Shown: positions 8,738 to 18,568 of the stretch, in pieces
Numbering within the stretch: position 1 is the stretch's first letter
How the letters are laid out: every line of letters begins with the position of its first letter
IMG/VR virus record: IMGVR_UViG_3300025696_000025
Coordinates: 1-31,731 of that record
From: a virus
Taxonomy: Duplodnaviria > Caudoviricetes
Direction: 5' to 3' (one strand)
Length of the DNA stretch: 31,731 bases
Translations under genes and position numbers: made by a program
Notes under the pieces: model-generated
Told to the model about the DNA's origin: nothing
What the model saw: the letters and a program-made list of their open reading frames with translations, nothing else
Database searches by the model: none

Positions 8738-10318
8738 TTAAAAAATTGGTAAATCACCAGTATCACTAAAGTCAAATATTTTATCAACTACACTATCTAT
8801 ATTTTCAGAAACCTCTAAACTCTTGTTGCCTCTAAAATTAAACAGTGTTCTAGCTAAATTTTTAACTTGAGATTTATCTGACAAATCAAACTTCTTCATT
8901 TTTTTATTTCCAGTGCTTTTATCTGTCATAGTAAATTCAAGTATCTTAGTTTCTTCGTCGTAGTTTCTATCAGTAACTCTACTAGCATCTGGGCCACCAA
9001 TATTTGTCAAGTAAGATATAGGATCTTCTAAAAGATCATTAACAGCTCTATTAGCAGCGTTCATCTTGAAGTCTGTTTCTTCTTCTCCTCCTTCTTCTTG
9101 CTCTTCAACTTCTACAGCTGTAGGTTTTCCAATATTTTTAGTGTATATTGGATCGTTAACCTTCAAGTTAGGTATACCTAAGTTTTTCACATCATCTGGT
9201 GTTGCCAACCTCTTAGTGCCTAGTGATTCTAGATTTTTATGTACCATTTGACCAATTATAAAAGCCTCTCTAAGGGCTTCTGGAACTGATTCATACATAA
9301 CTGCGGTTTCTTTATCCCATTTCAATCTACCTGTAATAAACTGTTTTTGCTGCTTCATCGAGTAAGACATTATTCCTTTAGCTTGAGATTTAATTAAATC
9401 CATGTAAGCTACATTGTCTTCGATAGCAGCGTTGTTTACAACCTGCTCTTTATACTGAAAACCACCTACAGTTCTAGTAGTTATATTTGGATAAACAAAT
9501 TCCTTTGTTAGTTGATTTTTATCATCAAATATATCAGCCTCTTGAAGTGTTTTATTTCTATCACTTTCAGCCATTACAGGTTCGAAAAATGATCCGTCCC
9601 ATTTTGATAAATCTCTTTCAAATTTTATATTGACATATCCATCAGACTCTTTATAATCACCTAATAAATCAGCTTCTTTAAATTTATTATACACATCACT
9701 TCCAACTTTTATCCGTGAGTTTATTTTAAGTATATTTGAATTATTATCGTTAGGAGCAATATTTATAGTACTTTCAACACCTGGCGTTTTTTTACCATTA
9801 ATAGCCATAACACCTATCAAATTAGATATTTCATCCCCACTAGCAGGTGCGTGACCATCTACTACTTGATCTATAGTTAAATCGTTAAACTCTTGCGCTC
9901 CAGTAGAAATATTGTTTATCTGGTCTTTACTATTTACCATGTAAGATTGAAAATTGCTTATAGCTTTTCTATACTCTTGCCTTTGTTTTTTATTTAAATT
10001 AGTATTCATACCTAGTTCAGCTGACGCATTCATAGCTGCTCCACCTTTTTCTTGAAATATTTTAGTAAGTTCATCTCTAACTCTAGTGTCTTTTACACCT
10101 GAAACAATTTTTAATATATCTTTATCTTGCTGTAACTCTGTGTTTACTAAAAACCTATTCTTAGCCTCGTCTATTTTTTTTTGTTTTTCTGCAGCTATTC
10201 TCTTAGCTTCACTGTATTTATCTATACCGGAGCTAACAATGTCACCTATCTTACTAACACCTTGAGCCCATATCTCAGCTGATCTATCTACTATTATTTG
10301 TGGATTTCTATAACTCAT
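8738..10318 (-). CDS. Internal virion/ejection protein (526 aa, T7 gp15-like position)
   Basis: Charged and helical with an N-terminal coiled coil. It lies between the Ala/Gly-rich small ejection protein and the giant protein. Assignment is by synteny. Confidence 0.6.
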   Translation of the reverse strand: MSYRNPQIIVDRSAEIWAQGVSKIGDIVSSGIDKYSEAKRIAAEKQKKIDEAKNRFLVNTELQQDKDILKIVSGVKDTRVRDELTKIFQEKGGAAMNASAELGMNTNLNKKQRQEYRKAISNFQSYMVNSKDQINNISTGAQEFNDLTIDQVVDGHAPASGDEISNLIGVMAINGKKTPGVESTINIAPNDNNSNILKINSRIKVGSDVYNKFKEADLLGDYKESDGYVNIKFERDLSKWDGSFFEPVMAESDRNKTLQEADIFDDKNQLTKEFVYPNITTRTVGGFQYKEQVVNNAAIEDNVAYMDLIKSQAKGIMSYSMKQQKQFITGRLKWDKETAVMYESVPEALREAFIIGQMVHKNLESLGTKRLATPDDVKNLGIPNLKVNDPIYTKNIGKPTAVEVEEQEEGGEEETDFKMNAANRAVNDLLEDPISYLTNIGGPDASRVTDRNYDEETKILEFTMTDKSTGNKKMKKFDLSDKSQVKNLARTLFNFRGNKSLEVSENIDSVVDKIFDFSDTGDLPIF

Positions 10319-10332
10319 ATTATATTTTTTTT

Positions 10333-11055
10333 TTAACCAGCGGCAATTAAAGAAGAGGCTATGTTACCAACACCACTTAAAGCACCGCTCCACGCTTGCG
10401 CTTTAGCTTGATTAGCTGAAGCTTCAGCGGCTTGTGCCTGTGATATTTTACCAGCCGCTCTATCAAGGTCTGCATCTGTTCTATTTTCTCGAGCTTGAAA
10501 CATAAACTGTTTACCTGCCGCTTCTGTTGCTTGTACTCTCTGACCTTCTGATATAGCTATGCTTTGCATACGTTGTTGCTCAGCCATTTTAGCATTCATT
10601 AGGTTTTGCTCTCCTTGAGCTTTTAGTTTTTGGTTTTGAGCTTCTTGCTGTTCTATATTAGCAGCAACACCTTGTTTACTTTGTAACGCAGCTTGAGCTA
10701 AAGCTGTAGCGCCACCAGCAGAAGCACCTGTAGCTCTTATTGTGTCTAGTGTATTCGCTAAAGATATATCGGCTTGTTCTATCTGTATCTCAGCTGCTTT
10801 AGTTGCAACACCTAAATTTTCAAACGGGTTAGATAATTGACTACTAAGATCAGTAGCTAAACTACTAAGATCTTCTGTTGAAGCGTATGGATTTGTTATT
10901 TGCTGTCTAGAATTTTTTATTGATCTAAGCTCAGCTTCAGCTCTTTGCTTTTCTGATCTAGCTCTTCTAGCTGCTTTACCTGCCGCTCCACCAGCTATAG
11001 CTCCACCTGCTAAACTTGCTGCCGCTCCAACGGCTAATGCTGTTACTACACCCAT
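10333..11055 (-). CDS. Small ejection/pilot protein (240 aa, T7 gp14-like position)
   Basis: Hydrophobic Gly/Ala-rich termini (MGVVTALAVGAAASLAGGAIAGG; WSGALSGVGNIASSLIAAG) flank an Ala/Gln-rich coiled coil, as is typical of podovirus ejection proteins. Confidence 0.75.
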   Translation of the reverse strand: MGVVTALAVGAAASLAGGAIAGGAAGKAARRARSEKQRAEAELRSIKNSRQQITNPYASTEDLSSLATDLSSQLSNPFENLGVATKAAEIQIEQADISLANTLDTIRATGASAGGATALAQAALQSKQGVAANIEQQEAQNQKLKAQGEQNLMNAKMAEQQRMQSIAISEGQRVQATEAAGKQFMFQARENRTDADLDRAAGKISQAQAAEASANQAKAQAWSGALSGVGNIASSLIAAG

Positions 11056-11058
11056 AAT

Positions 11059-11463
11059 TTATATTTTTTTTACTAATTCTTTAGAAGATTTATTGTCTAT
11101 ACTCCAACCAAGCTCTTCATGAGTTTTAATTAATGATTCATTTCTACCTATAGAGAACATATATTTTACGCCATTACTTCTACAAACTTCTTCAGCTGCA
11201 TTTATTAAAAGTGCTATAGCTTGTTTTCTGTCAGCTTCTTTGTAATCTGGATTAGATACAACCCATTCTAATAAAGCTCCCTTAGAGTTAGTGTAATATA
11301 TGAAACCTGCCACGATAGGCACGTCTTTTTCAACCATCAAACCTCCTTTACCATTATCAGGTAAAAAATCTCTAGGTGGATTTTGCCATTCAGGCCACTC
11401 ATCCCACCAAGAACATAAGGTTTCCCAGTCGCTCTCTTTTAATTTTCTAATATTTAATTGCAT
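11059..11463 (-). CDS. GNAT-fold acetyltransferase-like protein (T7 gp13-like position)
   Basis: 134 aa with the GNAT pattern: N-terminal IRKLKESDW, central beta strands (IVAGFIY, ALLEWVVSNPDY), helix AIALLINAAEE and C-terminal LIKTHEELGW. Confidence 0.75.
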   Translation of the reverse strand: MQLNIRKLKESDWETLCSWWDEWPEWQNPPRDFLPDNGKGGLMVEKDVPIVAGFIYYTNSKGALLEWVVSNPDYKEADRKQAIALLINAAEEVCRSNGVKYMFSIGRNESLIKTHEELGWSIDNKSSKELVKKI

Positions 11464-11473
11464 TTAATTTTAT

Positions 11474-13129
11474 TTAGTAAGCAGATGTCACATAGTCTGA
11501 GGACACCGCGAATAATTCAAGTGGTAAACTTCTGTTATCACTATCTGATTTTATTGTAACTGTTGAATAATACCCTTTAACACCGGTCATACTAGCTCCA
11601 AATACAACTTCTCCAGTTGTAGCTGGACTAGAGTTGACTAGATTAGCGTAGTATTTACCTTCTTTATTATCAAATCCAGCATGCACCGTAACTCCATAAT
11701 CTGGATCTGTATAAGCACCATCATCGAAACTAAGTACCTTGTTAGCGGTATCATTAAGCTCAAAACTTCTAGCCGCATTAAAGCTTGATACTTCCCAACC
11801 ATTTGATCCTTCGTAATTTATAGTTTTAAACACTTTTGAAGTACTAGGATTTGGGTTGAATATAAACTCTATTGATGAATTATATTGAACACCATATAAG
11901 TTGTTTCTGCTAGATATGTGATCGTAATGTTTCCAAAGCTTACCGCCGTTTACTGAATAGTAACAACTACCTAAACTAAAAGCTTGCTCTGGTTCATAGT
12001 TAAAAAAGCTTGTCCAACCAAGAACAGACTCGTCAAAAGAAAGTGTTTCGTAATCAAAGAAGTTTATAGTTTCTCCATTACCTATTGTTTGTGCTTTGTT
12101 TACTGTTATATCTAAGCCATTTACCTCTGTAACTATTGTACCAGTTTTTAAGCTATTACCTCTAACCATTAAACCTACAACAATACCTTCTGCTGTATCT
12201 ACAGGTATAATATCACCTGTCACAGCGCTTGTCGTAGTTGTTACTAGAGTAGTTGCTGCTTCTTGCAAACTAACAACATACTGTTTATTGTGTATGTCCC
12301 AAGCTCCATAAGATTTTCCACTTTCAGAAGTAGTATCTAATGAAGATAATTCATCTCTAAAGTAATCAATCATACCATAGTTAGATATCTCCGTTATACC
12401 ATCTCTAGATAATCTACCTACGATGTTCCTTCTCTTGTCTGTAAAGTATTTTCTGTAGCCATACACCGCAAAACTTTCTGGATTTTTACTTATACCGAAG
12501 TTTCCAGCGTAAGGTATTATCTGACCTATAACCAGGTTTGATGAAGTAACACTACCACCTCCTTCAGCGGAGTATATAGCGTCTTTATCTATAAGTGCTC
12601 TGTTTATTTTGTCTTCTTGAAATATTATAAGGTTTGTATCTTCAGCGTATAGTTTTTGTATACTACCATTAGCTGGATCAACAGATTTAGTTATATCTTG
12701 ACCAACGTTAAATACATTAGTATTATTAATACCTGTTCTAGAGTTAAATATACCTGAATATATTAAAGAGTTAAATCTAATAGATGAATTAGGTTCTGTT
12801 TCAACTAAATATGCTCTAGCACCATAACTAATGCTAGTATTATTAAAACCACCTCTTATTCTAGATTCTTCAACATACCAGCTAGTAAACGGCACATCTG
12901 GAGCTGGAGAATTTTGAACTAAAGTTCCTTCTTGAATAGTACCACCATTAGGCCAAGTACCAGTAGGGTTTTGTGGAAAAGAACCAGCCAAGCCATCCGG
13001 CACACCTGTAGATCCATTCCATGCGGCTGATACAATTCCTTTAGCCGTTTGTATATTGACTGGAGCATGAAGTACTGTCTTTTTCAAAAGAAAAGAATTA
13101 AAATATTTTACTTCTATAGTTGCTGCCAT
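11474..13129 (-). CDS. Tail stabilisation/nozzle protein, C-terminal-type half (P22 gp10/crAss muzzle-like beta-propeller)
   Basis: Motifs SLIYSG, GSIQKL, NFGISKNPESFAVYG, YFTD, GITEISNYGM, GWTSFF and KVFKTINYEGS are characteristic of crAss-like stabilisation proteins. Confidence 0.7.
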   Translation of the reverse strand: MAATIEVKYFNSFLLKKTVLHAPVNIQTAKGIVSAAWNGSTGVPDGLAGSFPQNPTGTWPNGGTIQEGTLVQNSPAPDVPFTSWYVEESRIRGGFNNTSISYGARAYLVETEPNSSIRFNSLIYSGIFNSRTGINNTNVFNVGQDITKSVDPANGSIQKLYAEDTNLIIFQEDKINRALIDKDAIYSAEGGGSVTSSNLVIGQIIPYAGNFGISKNPESFAVYGYRKYFTDKRRNIVGRLSRDGITEISNYGMIDYFRDELSSLDTTSESGKSYGAWDIHNKQYVVSLQEAATTLVTTTTSAVTGDIIPVDTAEGIVVGLMVRGNSLKTGTIVTEVNGLDITVNKAQTIGNGETINFFDYETLSFDESVLGWTSFFNYEPEQAFSLGSCYYSVNGGKLWKHYDHISSRNNLYGVQYNSSIEFIFNPNPSTSKVFKTINYEGSNGWEVSSFNAARSFELNDTANKVLSFDDGAYTDPDYGVTVHAGFDNKEGKYYANLVNSSPATTGEVVFGASMTGVKGYYSTVTIKSDSDNRSLPLELFAVSSDYVTSAY

Positions 13130-13134
13130 TGTTT

Positions 13135-13148
13135 TATTATTACTTGTT
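13135..13148 (-). promoter_or_regulatory. Repeated intergenic motif AACAAGTAATAATA (candidate phage late promoter)
   Basis: 13/14 identical to 18555-18568. Both copies lie at gene junctions in the same orientation. Confidence 0.4.
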
Positions 13149-13164
13149 TATTATGTAAATTACT

Positions 13165-16100
13165 TTAAGGTATTGGAGTAAATTTAACAAAAAACTTTCT
13201 TCTACTAACTAAGTTAATTGGGCTACCATTGTCAGACACCACTAGAGAGAAGCTACTGTCAAATCCTGGAGTTGTACCCGTGAAAGGATTAGTATTTACT
13301 ACAGTTGTACCGTTTTGTATTTCAAAAACCCCAACACCCCGACTCCACTCTATAGAGTATGTTAAATTATCTCCTTGTCTATTTCCACTAGCGTTAGATC
13401 CATTAATACCTGTTATTGTTTGTATTACTATTGAACCACCAAATCCAAAAACTTCTATTTCATTATTAGGTATAACGTTCGTTATAGTTGGTGTTATATT
13501 TATCAATGGTTGATTAAACATAGAAACAGTATTTTGAGCGTCTCCCGGGTTTACTACTGTAACAAATTTGTAGTCAAAAATATTAGCAGGTGTATTTGTT
13601 TTGTATAAGAAGTATTCACCAACAGCTACTTGTACCTTAAATGTACCGTCTAGGTTATCTATAAGAGTAAACTTAGATGTTACGTCTTCAAGAGCATCAT
13701 CGGTAACCGTCATTACAATACTATCGAAGCTAGCTATATCGTTACCTAGTATATCTATAAACTTGAAATTAGTAGTTATATCATCTCCAGGTCCGTTCGC
13801 TTCAGAATGATTATATTGCCAATCAACGATCTGAGCTGCTTGAGGACTACCTTGTGATGCTATTGCTATGTTTAAATCAGATATTAAGCCTGATGTTGAA
13901 GTTTCCCAATATATATCTAATCTTGATTCTGTAGGTTTTGTTTCGAATATATTTATATTTTCAAACCTTTGATATGTTTGGTTTGGTACGTATGGTAAAT
14001 TTATTAAACCAAATTGATCTTCTACTACATTAGATGTAACAAACTCTGCCACAAAAGGATTTGATTCTGATCTAAAGAAAGCATAGTAAGGGCTGTTAGG
14101 ATCAGTTACTGGTATAATATCGGTACCTCCTTGGCCATAAAATTGAAGTACGTCGAAAGAATCAAATAAGTCTTCTATTTGGTTTACAGTAAAAGATTTT
14201 CTTTCTGGAAAATACTGTTTACTACCAACAGTGTTAAATTCTGACGCTGTGTTTTCAACTCTACCAAATAGCTGAACAGAGCTTCTAAATTGTTTATCTT
14301 GAGCACCTACTTCTGATAAATCTCTTGGTATTTTATTTATGTTGTCGTTTAAAAGTGTTATAAATGTAGCGTTTTCATCTCTTAGCGGTATACTTCCAGT
14401 GTTATAATACGGTAGACCTTTCATAGCTCCAGCAGTATATACGTTGTAATAGTCTTGTTCTGTTTGTTTTACAACTATCTTGTAAGAATACCATCCAAGT
14501 GGATTATAATCAAGACTAGTTACATCTGAATTATACAAACCAGGTGTACCAGTTGTTTCGTTCCTGTCTATACCAACACCACTAAGTATTGAGTTAAATA
14601 ACATTTTAATGGAGTTTCCTGAAAAATCTATAGAATTGTTATTTGGGTTATATGGTAAATAAACTGTGTCGGCTCCAAAACCACCAGCACTAGCTTCACC
14701 AACGTTGTTAGATAATATAACCGTTGATTGTCTACCAAATTTATCTGATAAAACAACTCCAACTTGATAGTTTCTGTTTTCTTTTAAGTTGTGATTTGGA
14801 TATTCTACAGTTGTTAGAGATGATCCAACCGATGAAACTTGTGCTTTAGTAGATGCAGCAACTTGGTAATCTATAAAGTTAGGCGGTGTGTGTTTATCTT
14901 GAAAATTACCATAAATAACTCTATTGCTGGAAACTTCCTGACTTAAAGCTTTTACTGGTATTTTATCATAAACCCTTATTATTTCGTCACTTGGAAGAGT
15001 TTTATAAGGTTTTTGTGATAAATAAGTATAATTAAGTACGTTTTCATTTCCTTGTATCTGTGAAACAGGTATTGTTTCAATAACCCTAACAGCCGTAGAG
15101 TCTGATTCTTTATATATAATATCTATGTCTGTTATTAAATAACTAGAAGATAAGTCATCAACCGCAGACGGAAGAGGTATCTGTAGATCTATTTTGTTTA
15201 CTTTATTTTCCATAAAGCCAACAATAGTACTAACAGGTGTTTGCTGCTCATCACCAAATATAAAATAACCATCTTGTTTAGGTATAAATGCTTCTTGAGT
15301 AAAAGGAGCTAATATAGAGTATTCACCATCAACAAATCTAAATCTATAGCTAAATCTAATAAATTTATCTTCTAGGTATTGAGGATCACCTGGAAAATCT
15401 TGCTCATAATAGGGGTTTTCTTTATGAAAAAATAATTGATTATCATCTAGTAGTGTTTGATTTTGACTAACAACTAATTCACCTTCATCACTCGCAGCTC
15501 CCGGAGTAAAACTAACAACTGTAGTGCCAGCAACAATACCCCCACCGGTGACAACATCGCCAGGGCTTATAAAACCTTGAACTTTATCAATATCAAAAGT
15601 ATCTGTATTTACTACAGCCGCATCGTCCACGTAAGAAGTTCCTAAGCTAGGTAGTAGCTCACTGAAATTATCATACATTGTAGTTTCTAAACCTACAAAA
15701 TTAATATTTTCTGAGGTTGAAGATATGGTTTGAGGTTTATTAACTGTTATATCTAAACCATTAACAGCTGTGACATATGTATTAGTTGCTATTTCTAAGC
15801 CAGTAACACCTAAACCAGAGCTTATTCCAGTCGCATCAGCCACGGAGAACGTTTTGCTATCTGTAACAGTAGCTGTTGCATTTGTAGTTACTGTTGTTAC
15901 TCCAGTAGTTTCGCTTGGTTTGAATAGCTCTATTGATTGATAAGGATTATATTTAGCTACAGATATTTGATCCTCATTAACGTAATATACTGGATCTGTA
16001 AGTTCAGATGGATTTGCTAAAGTTGTGTTTATTTTTCTAGGTTGATTTCTATTATCTGTCCAGAATAGTAAATTTTCTAAAATATTTACACCTATAATAG

Positions 16101-16503
16101 GTCTGTTAGTAGAGAAGTTTAAAAAAGAGCCTTGAACAAGTTTGTTTTTTTGTCCACTTGATACGTTGTATGAATATATAAAGTTTTTAGCACTTTCATT
16201 ATATGTAGAAACACCTGAAGCGTAGGAATCTGTATAGTCTGTGAAGAATAAATATATTAAATTACTAGAATCATCAACAACATAGCCTATGCAAGTTAAG
16301 TTATCGCTGCCAGCATCAGCACCAAAATCACCGTTTACAGCTACAGCATTACCAAATATGTTTTCTAAAGCACCAACGTCTTCACCTTGAGATTTACTAA
16401 CCTGTATATTGTTAGCGTCTCTATATTCACCGTTTGGTATGAGTCTAGCATCTAAGTCCTTATTCATTTTGGACTTGATAAAAGCATTTTTAACTTCAGC
16501 CAT
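13165..16503 (-). CDS. Tail stabilisation/nozzle protein, N-terminal-type half (1112 aa), with inserted beta modules and a C-terminal Ig/cadherin-like region
   Basis: N-terminus KMNKDLDARLIPNGEYRDANNI...GALENI, plus LLFWTDNRNQPRKIN, RFSYRFR, NRVIYGNF and LKENRNYQVGVVLSDKFGRQS, all typical of crAss-like stabilisation proteins. Confidence 0.75.
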   Translation of the reverse strand: MAEVKNAFIKSKMNKDLDARLIPNGEYRDANNIQVSKSQGEDVGALENIFGNAVAVNGDFGADAGSDNLTCIGYVVDDSSNLIYLFFTDYTDSYASGVSTYNESAKNFIYSYNVSSGQKNKLVQGSFLNFSTNRPIIGVNILENLLFWTDNRNQPRKINTTLANPSELTDPVYYVNEDQISVAKYNPYQSIELFKPSETTGVTTVTTNATATVTDSKTFSVADATGISSGLGVTGLEIATNTYVTAVNGLDITVNKPQTISSTSENINFVGLETTMYDNFSELLPSLGTSYVDDAAVVNTDTFDIDKVQGFISPGDVVTGGGIVAGTTVVSFTPGAASDEGELVVSQNQTLLDDNQLFFHKENPYYEQDFPGDPQYLEDKFIRFSYRFRFVDGEYSILAPFTQEAFIPKQDGYFIFGDEQQTPVSTIVGFMENKVNKIDLQIPLPSAVDDLSSSYLITDIDIIYKESDSTAVRVIETIPVSQIQGNENVLNYTYLSQKPYKTLPSDEIIRVYDKIPVKALSQEVSSNRVIYGNFQDKHTPPNFIDYQVAASTKAQVSSVGSSLTTVEYPNHNLKENRNYQVGVVLSDKFGRQSTVILSNNVGEASAGGFGADTVYLPYNPNNNSIDFSGNSIKMLFNSILSGVGIDRNETTGTPGLYNSDVTSLDYNPLGWYSYKIVVKQTEQDYYNVYTAGAMKGLPYYNTGSIPLRDENATFITLLNDNINKIPRDLSEVGAQDKQFRSSVQLFGRVENTASEFNTVGSKQYFPERKSFTVNQIEDLFDSFDVLQFYGQGGTDIIPVTDPNSPYYAFFRSESNPFVAEFVTSNVVEDQFGLINLPYVPNQTYQRFENINIFETKPTESRLDIYWETSTSGLISDLNIAIASQGSPQAAQIVDWQYNHSEANGPGDDITTNFKFIDILGNDIASFDSIVMTVTDDALEDVTSKFTLIDNLDGTFKVQVAVGEYFLYKTNTPANIFDYKFVTVVNPGDAQNTVSMFNQPLINITPTITNVIPNNEIEVFGFGGSIVIQTITGINGSNASGNRQGDNLTYSIEWSRGVGVFEIQNGTTVVNTNPFTGTTPGFDSSFSLVVSDNGSPINLVSRRKFFVKFTPIP

Positions 16504-16509
16504 TTAATT

Positions 16510-17736
16510 CTAGTGTTTTAACCATTTAGATTTACCTCTCATTGTTTGAACTATTTCATCAAGTTTAATGTTAGATAATCTTATCTTTGCATTTCTAAGT
16601 TTTGCAGACTTTTCCTTTTTAAGTCTCTGTACTATATACTCTGGTTGATTTATTCTAGTAGAGATTATAGCATGCGATATATAAGCATACATAGCTTCTT
16701 CAGCCATTTTAGGTACTCTAGTGTCTAAACTAGAAGATAAACCATCAGACACATATTCTAATACTATTAGTTTATCAACCAAGTTGGAAGAGAAAGAGAA
16801 TTTACCTTCTCTGTCGTTTATAGTAAACCAGCCATTAGCGTTTGCGTATTGAGGATCTAATCCATAAACGCCTCCGTAGCCATGACTAAAACCACTTCCA
16901 TAAGGACCATTTGCAAGTACGTCGTCTACATTTACATTTCTATCATTTTTGTAGAAGTTAGTTTTCCATCTCTCCTCTACAACTGAAGTACCTTCTATAT
17001 TGTTGCTATTAGCATCTTGAGTTGGTTGACCTTCACCGTCTTGTACAGGTGTTTGATATGGATTTGTGGTAAGTTTTGTTGGGTATATTTTATGAGCGAT
17101 ACCTTGACTATCATACCAAGACATGCTAACATAATTAACATAATCTTGAGGAATTATAATACTTAAGCTATTTGGTATCGTTAATTCTTGAGAGTTTATA
17201 CTTCTCAATGTATCGTAGCTAAATTCCTGCATTGCACGTTTAGCGTGAAATATAATATCTGTTCTTTTGCAACTTGGTATTAACTTACCGTTACCAACGT
17301 AAGCAACTATAAAGTTGTTTATAACATCGTTAAGTTTAATATAGCTATAAGATCCATAGTTGTCTTCAGTAGTATTTCCGTAAGCTTTGTCAGATGCTGT
17401 ATTACCATATACTCCACCATCTAATCTTTTCAACTGAACAATTACAGTTGCATCTGATGGTATACCGACTCCTATAGTAACTGTATTGTTTGATACAGTG
17501 TAAGATGTAACCTCTGTAAAACTACCACCAACACCAGTTGGACTAACATAAACTTTAAAATTGTTTAAAGCATATTGAGGATCAGTCGTTACAGTTGAGT
17601 AAAATACTAGATCAGTATCAAAATTAGTGGTAAAGCTTTGCCCAGAATCACCACCGTTATTACCTGAAAAACTTTGTGCGCCTTCGTAGTATTGTCTATT
17701 GTTTTCGGTTATTAAACCACCATTTGGTAAGGGCAT
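16510..17736 (-). CDS. Tail ring / head-tail adaptor protein (408 aa)
   Basis: IIPQDYVNYV and IVLEYVSDGL...VPKMAEEAMYAYI resemble tail tubular/ring (P22 gp4/T7 gp11-like) proteins. It lies directly upstream of the stabilisation gene. Confidence 0.6.
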   Translation of the reverse strand: MPLPNGGLITENNRQYYEGAQSFSGNNGGDSGQSFTTNFDTDLVFYSTVTTDPQYALNNFKVYVSPTGVGGSFTEVTSYTVSNNTVTIGVGIPSDATVIVQLKRLDGGVYGNTASDKAYGNTTEDNYGSYSYIKLNDVINNFIVAYVGNGKLIPSCKRTDIIFHAKRAMQEFSYDTLRSINSQELTIPNSLSIIIPQDYVNYVSMSWYDSQGIAHKIYPTKLTTNPYQTPVQDGEGQPTQDANSNNIEGTSVVEERWKTNFYKNDRNVNVDDVLANGPYGSGFSHGYGGVYGLDPQYANANGWFTINDREGKFSFSSNLVDKLIVLEYVSDGLSSSLDTRVPKMAEEAMYAYISHAIISTRINQPEYIVQRLKKEKSAKLRNAKIRLSNIKLDEIVQTMRGKSKWLKH

Positions 17737-17742
17737 ATCTTA

Positions 17743-18510
17743 TTAGCTTTTTTGATTTATTTCGTTTTGTTGTACTTCACTAGCCGCTGCTTGTACTATT
17801 TGAGGATCTCTTATTATTATACCAGCATATAGTAGTATCTTTAATATAAGCCTAGTCTGCTCAGATTCTTGTAGTTCAAAGTTTTGAGAACTTGCAGAAT
17901 CGTAAACATATTGACCTTGTGCTCCTACAGTAAACGCCCATACTATATTTTTAGGCTTTCTTAAGAAATCTACGGTTATATTACCAATTTGATTTATGCT
18001 AGTTGGTCTAACATATAGTTTTTTATTTTCGTATAAGTAAGTAGGAAAGTCTTTTGTCGATGCTGTTAATGGTGATTTTTCTATATTGTAAAACTCGCTA
18101 CGTGGTAACCTTTGTAGCTCTACTGGTAATCCAAGTGAAGGATTGTATGTCACAGTCCCTAATTTATAGAAGGAAACTTGACCGGCGCTAGGCTCTTGAC
18201 CATTATATAATATTGTGTTTGAGTAAGTGTCTGTAGCTGGTAACTGCCAAGTTCCAGCGTTATATGTACAATCACCAAATGTTTTAAACGGAGATATTTT
18301 CTCGTCTATGTTTAATTGTCTATCTGAGTAATCTAGATCGACTTGTGGCACTCGTAACTGCTGGTTTAAATCTTCGAAGTATTGCTCGAATATATCAAGT
18401 TGTGATTGTGTGGCTATTCTATTATACTCTACAGGTGTCATATATCCACGCTGCTCTTTGTTTAGTATTAATAAAACGGTTTGATATACAGTATTTACGT
18501 TTATTGCCAT
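17743..18510 (-). CDS. Tail ring / head-tail connector protein (255 aa)
   Basis: LNKEQRGYMTPVEYN...QLDIF N-terminus, VDFLRKP and C-terminal helix LILKILLYAGI match the crAss-like ring protein pattern and position. Confidence 0.6.
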   Translation of the reverse strand: MAINVNTVYQTVLLILNKEQRGYMTPVEYNRIATQSQLDIFEQYFEDLNQQLRVPQVDLDYSDRQLNIDEKISPFKTFGDCTYNAGTWQLPATDTYSNTILYNGQEPSAGQVSFYKLGTVTYNPSLGLPVELQRLPRSEFYNIEKSPLTASTKDFPTYLYENKKLYVRPTSINQIGNITVDFLRKPKNIVWAFTVGAQGQYVYDSASSQNFELQESEQTRLILKILLYAGIIIRDPQIVQAAASEVQQNEINQKS

Positions 18511-18524
18511 TATTTTATATTTAA

Positions 18525-18557
18525 ATATATGGAGCGGTTTTACCCGCCCCTATATAT
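18525..18557 (-). terminator. Intergenic RNA hairpin (terminator or processing/stability element)
   Basis: Minus-strand GGGGCGG-GUAAAA-CCGCUCC forms a 7-bp stem with one G-U, extendable by AUAUAU arms. Only a weak U-tract follows. Confidence 0.5.
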
Positions 18558-18568
18558 TATTACCTGTT
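18555..18568 (-). promoter_or_regulatory. Repeated intergenic motif AACAGGTAATAATA (candidate phage late promoter)
   Basis: 13/14 identical to 13135-13148. Confidence 0.4.

Noticed and set aside
10326-10334. Poly-T run (also near 22114-22121) as a terminator or phase-variable tract
   Set aside because: On the coding strand these are A-runs in intergenic leaders with no preceding hairpin, consistent with Bacteroidota-type translation initiation regions.
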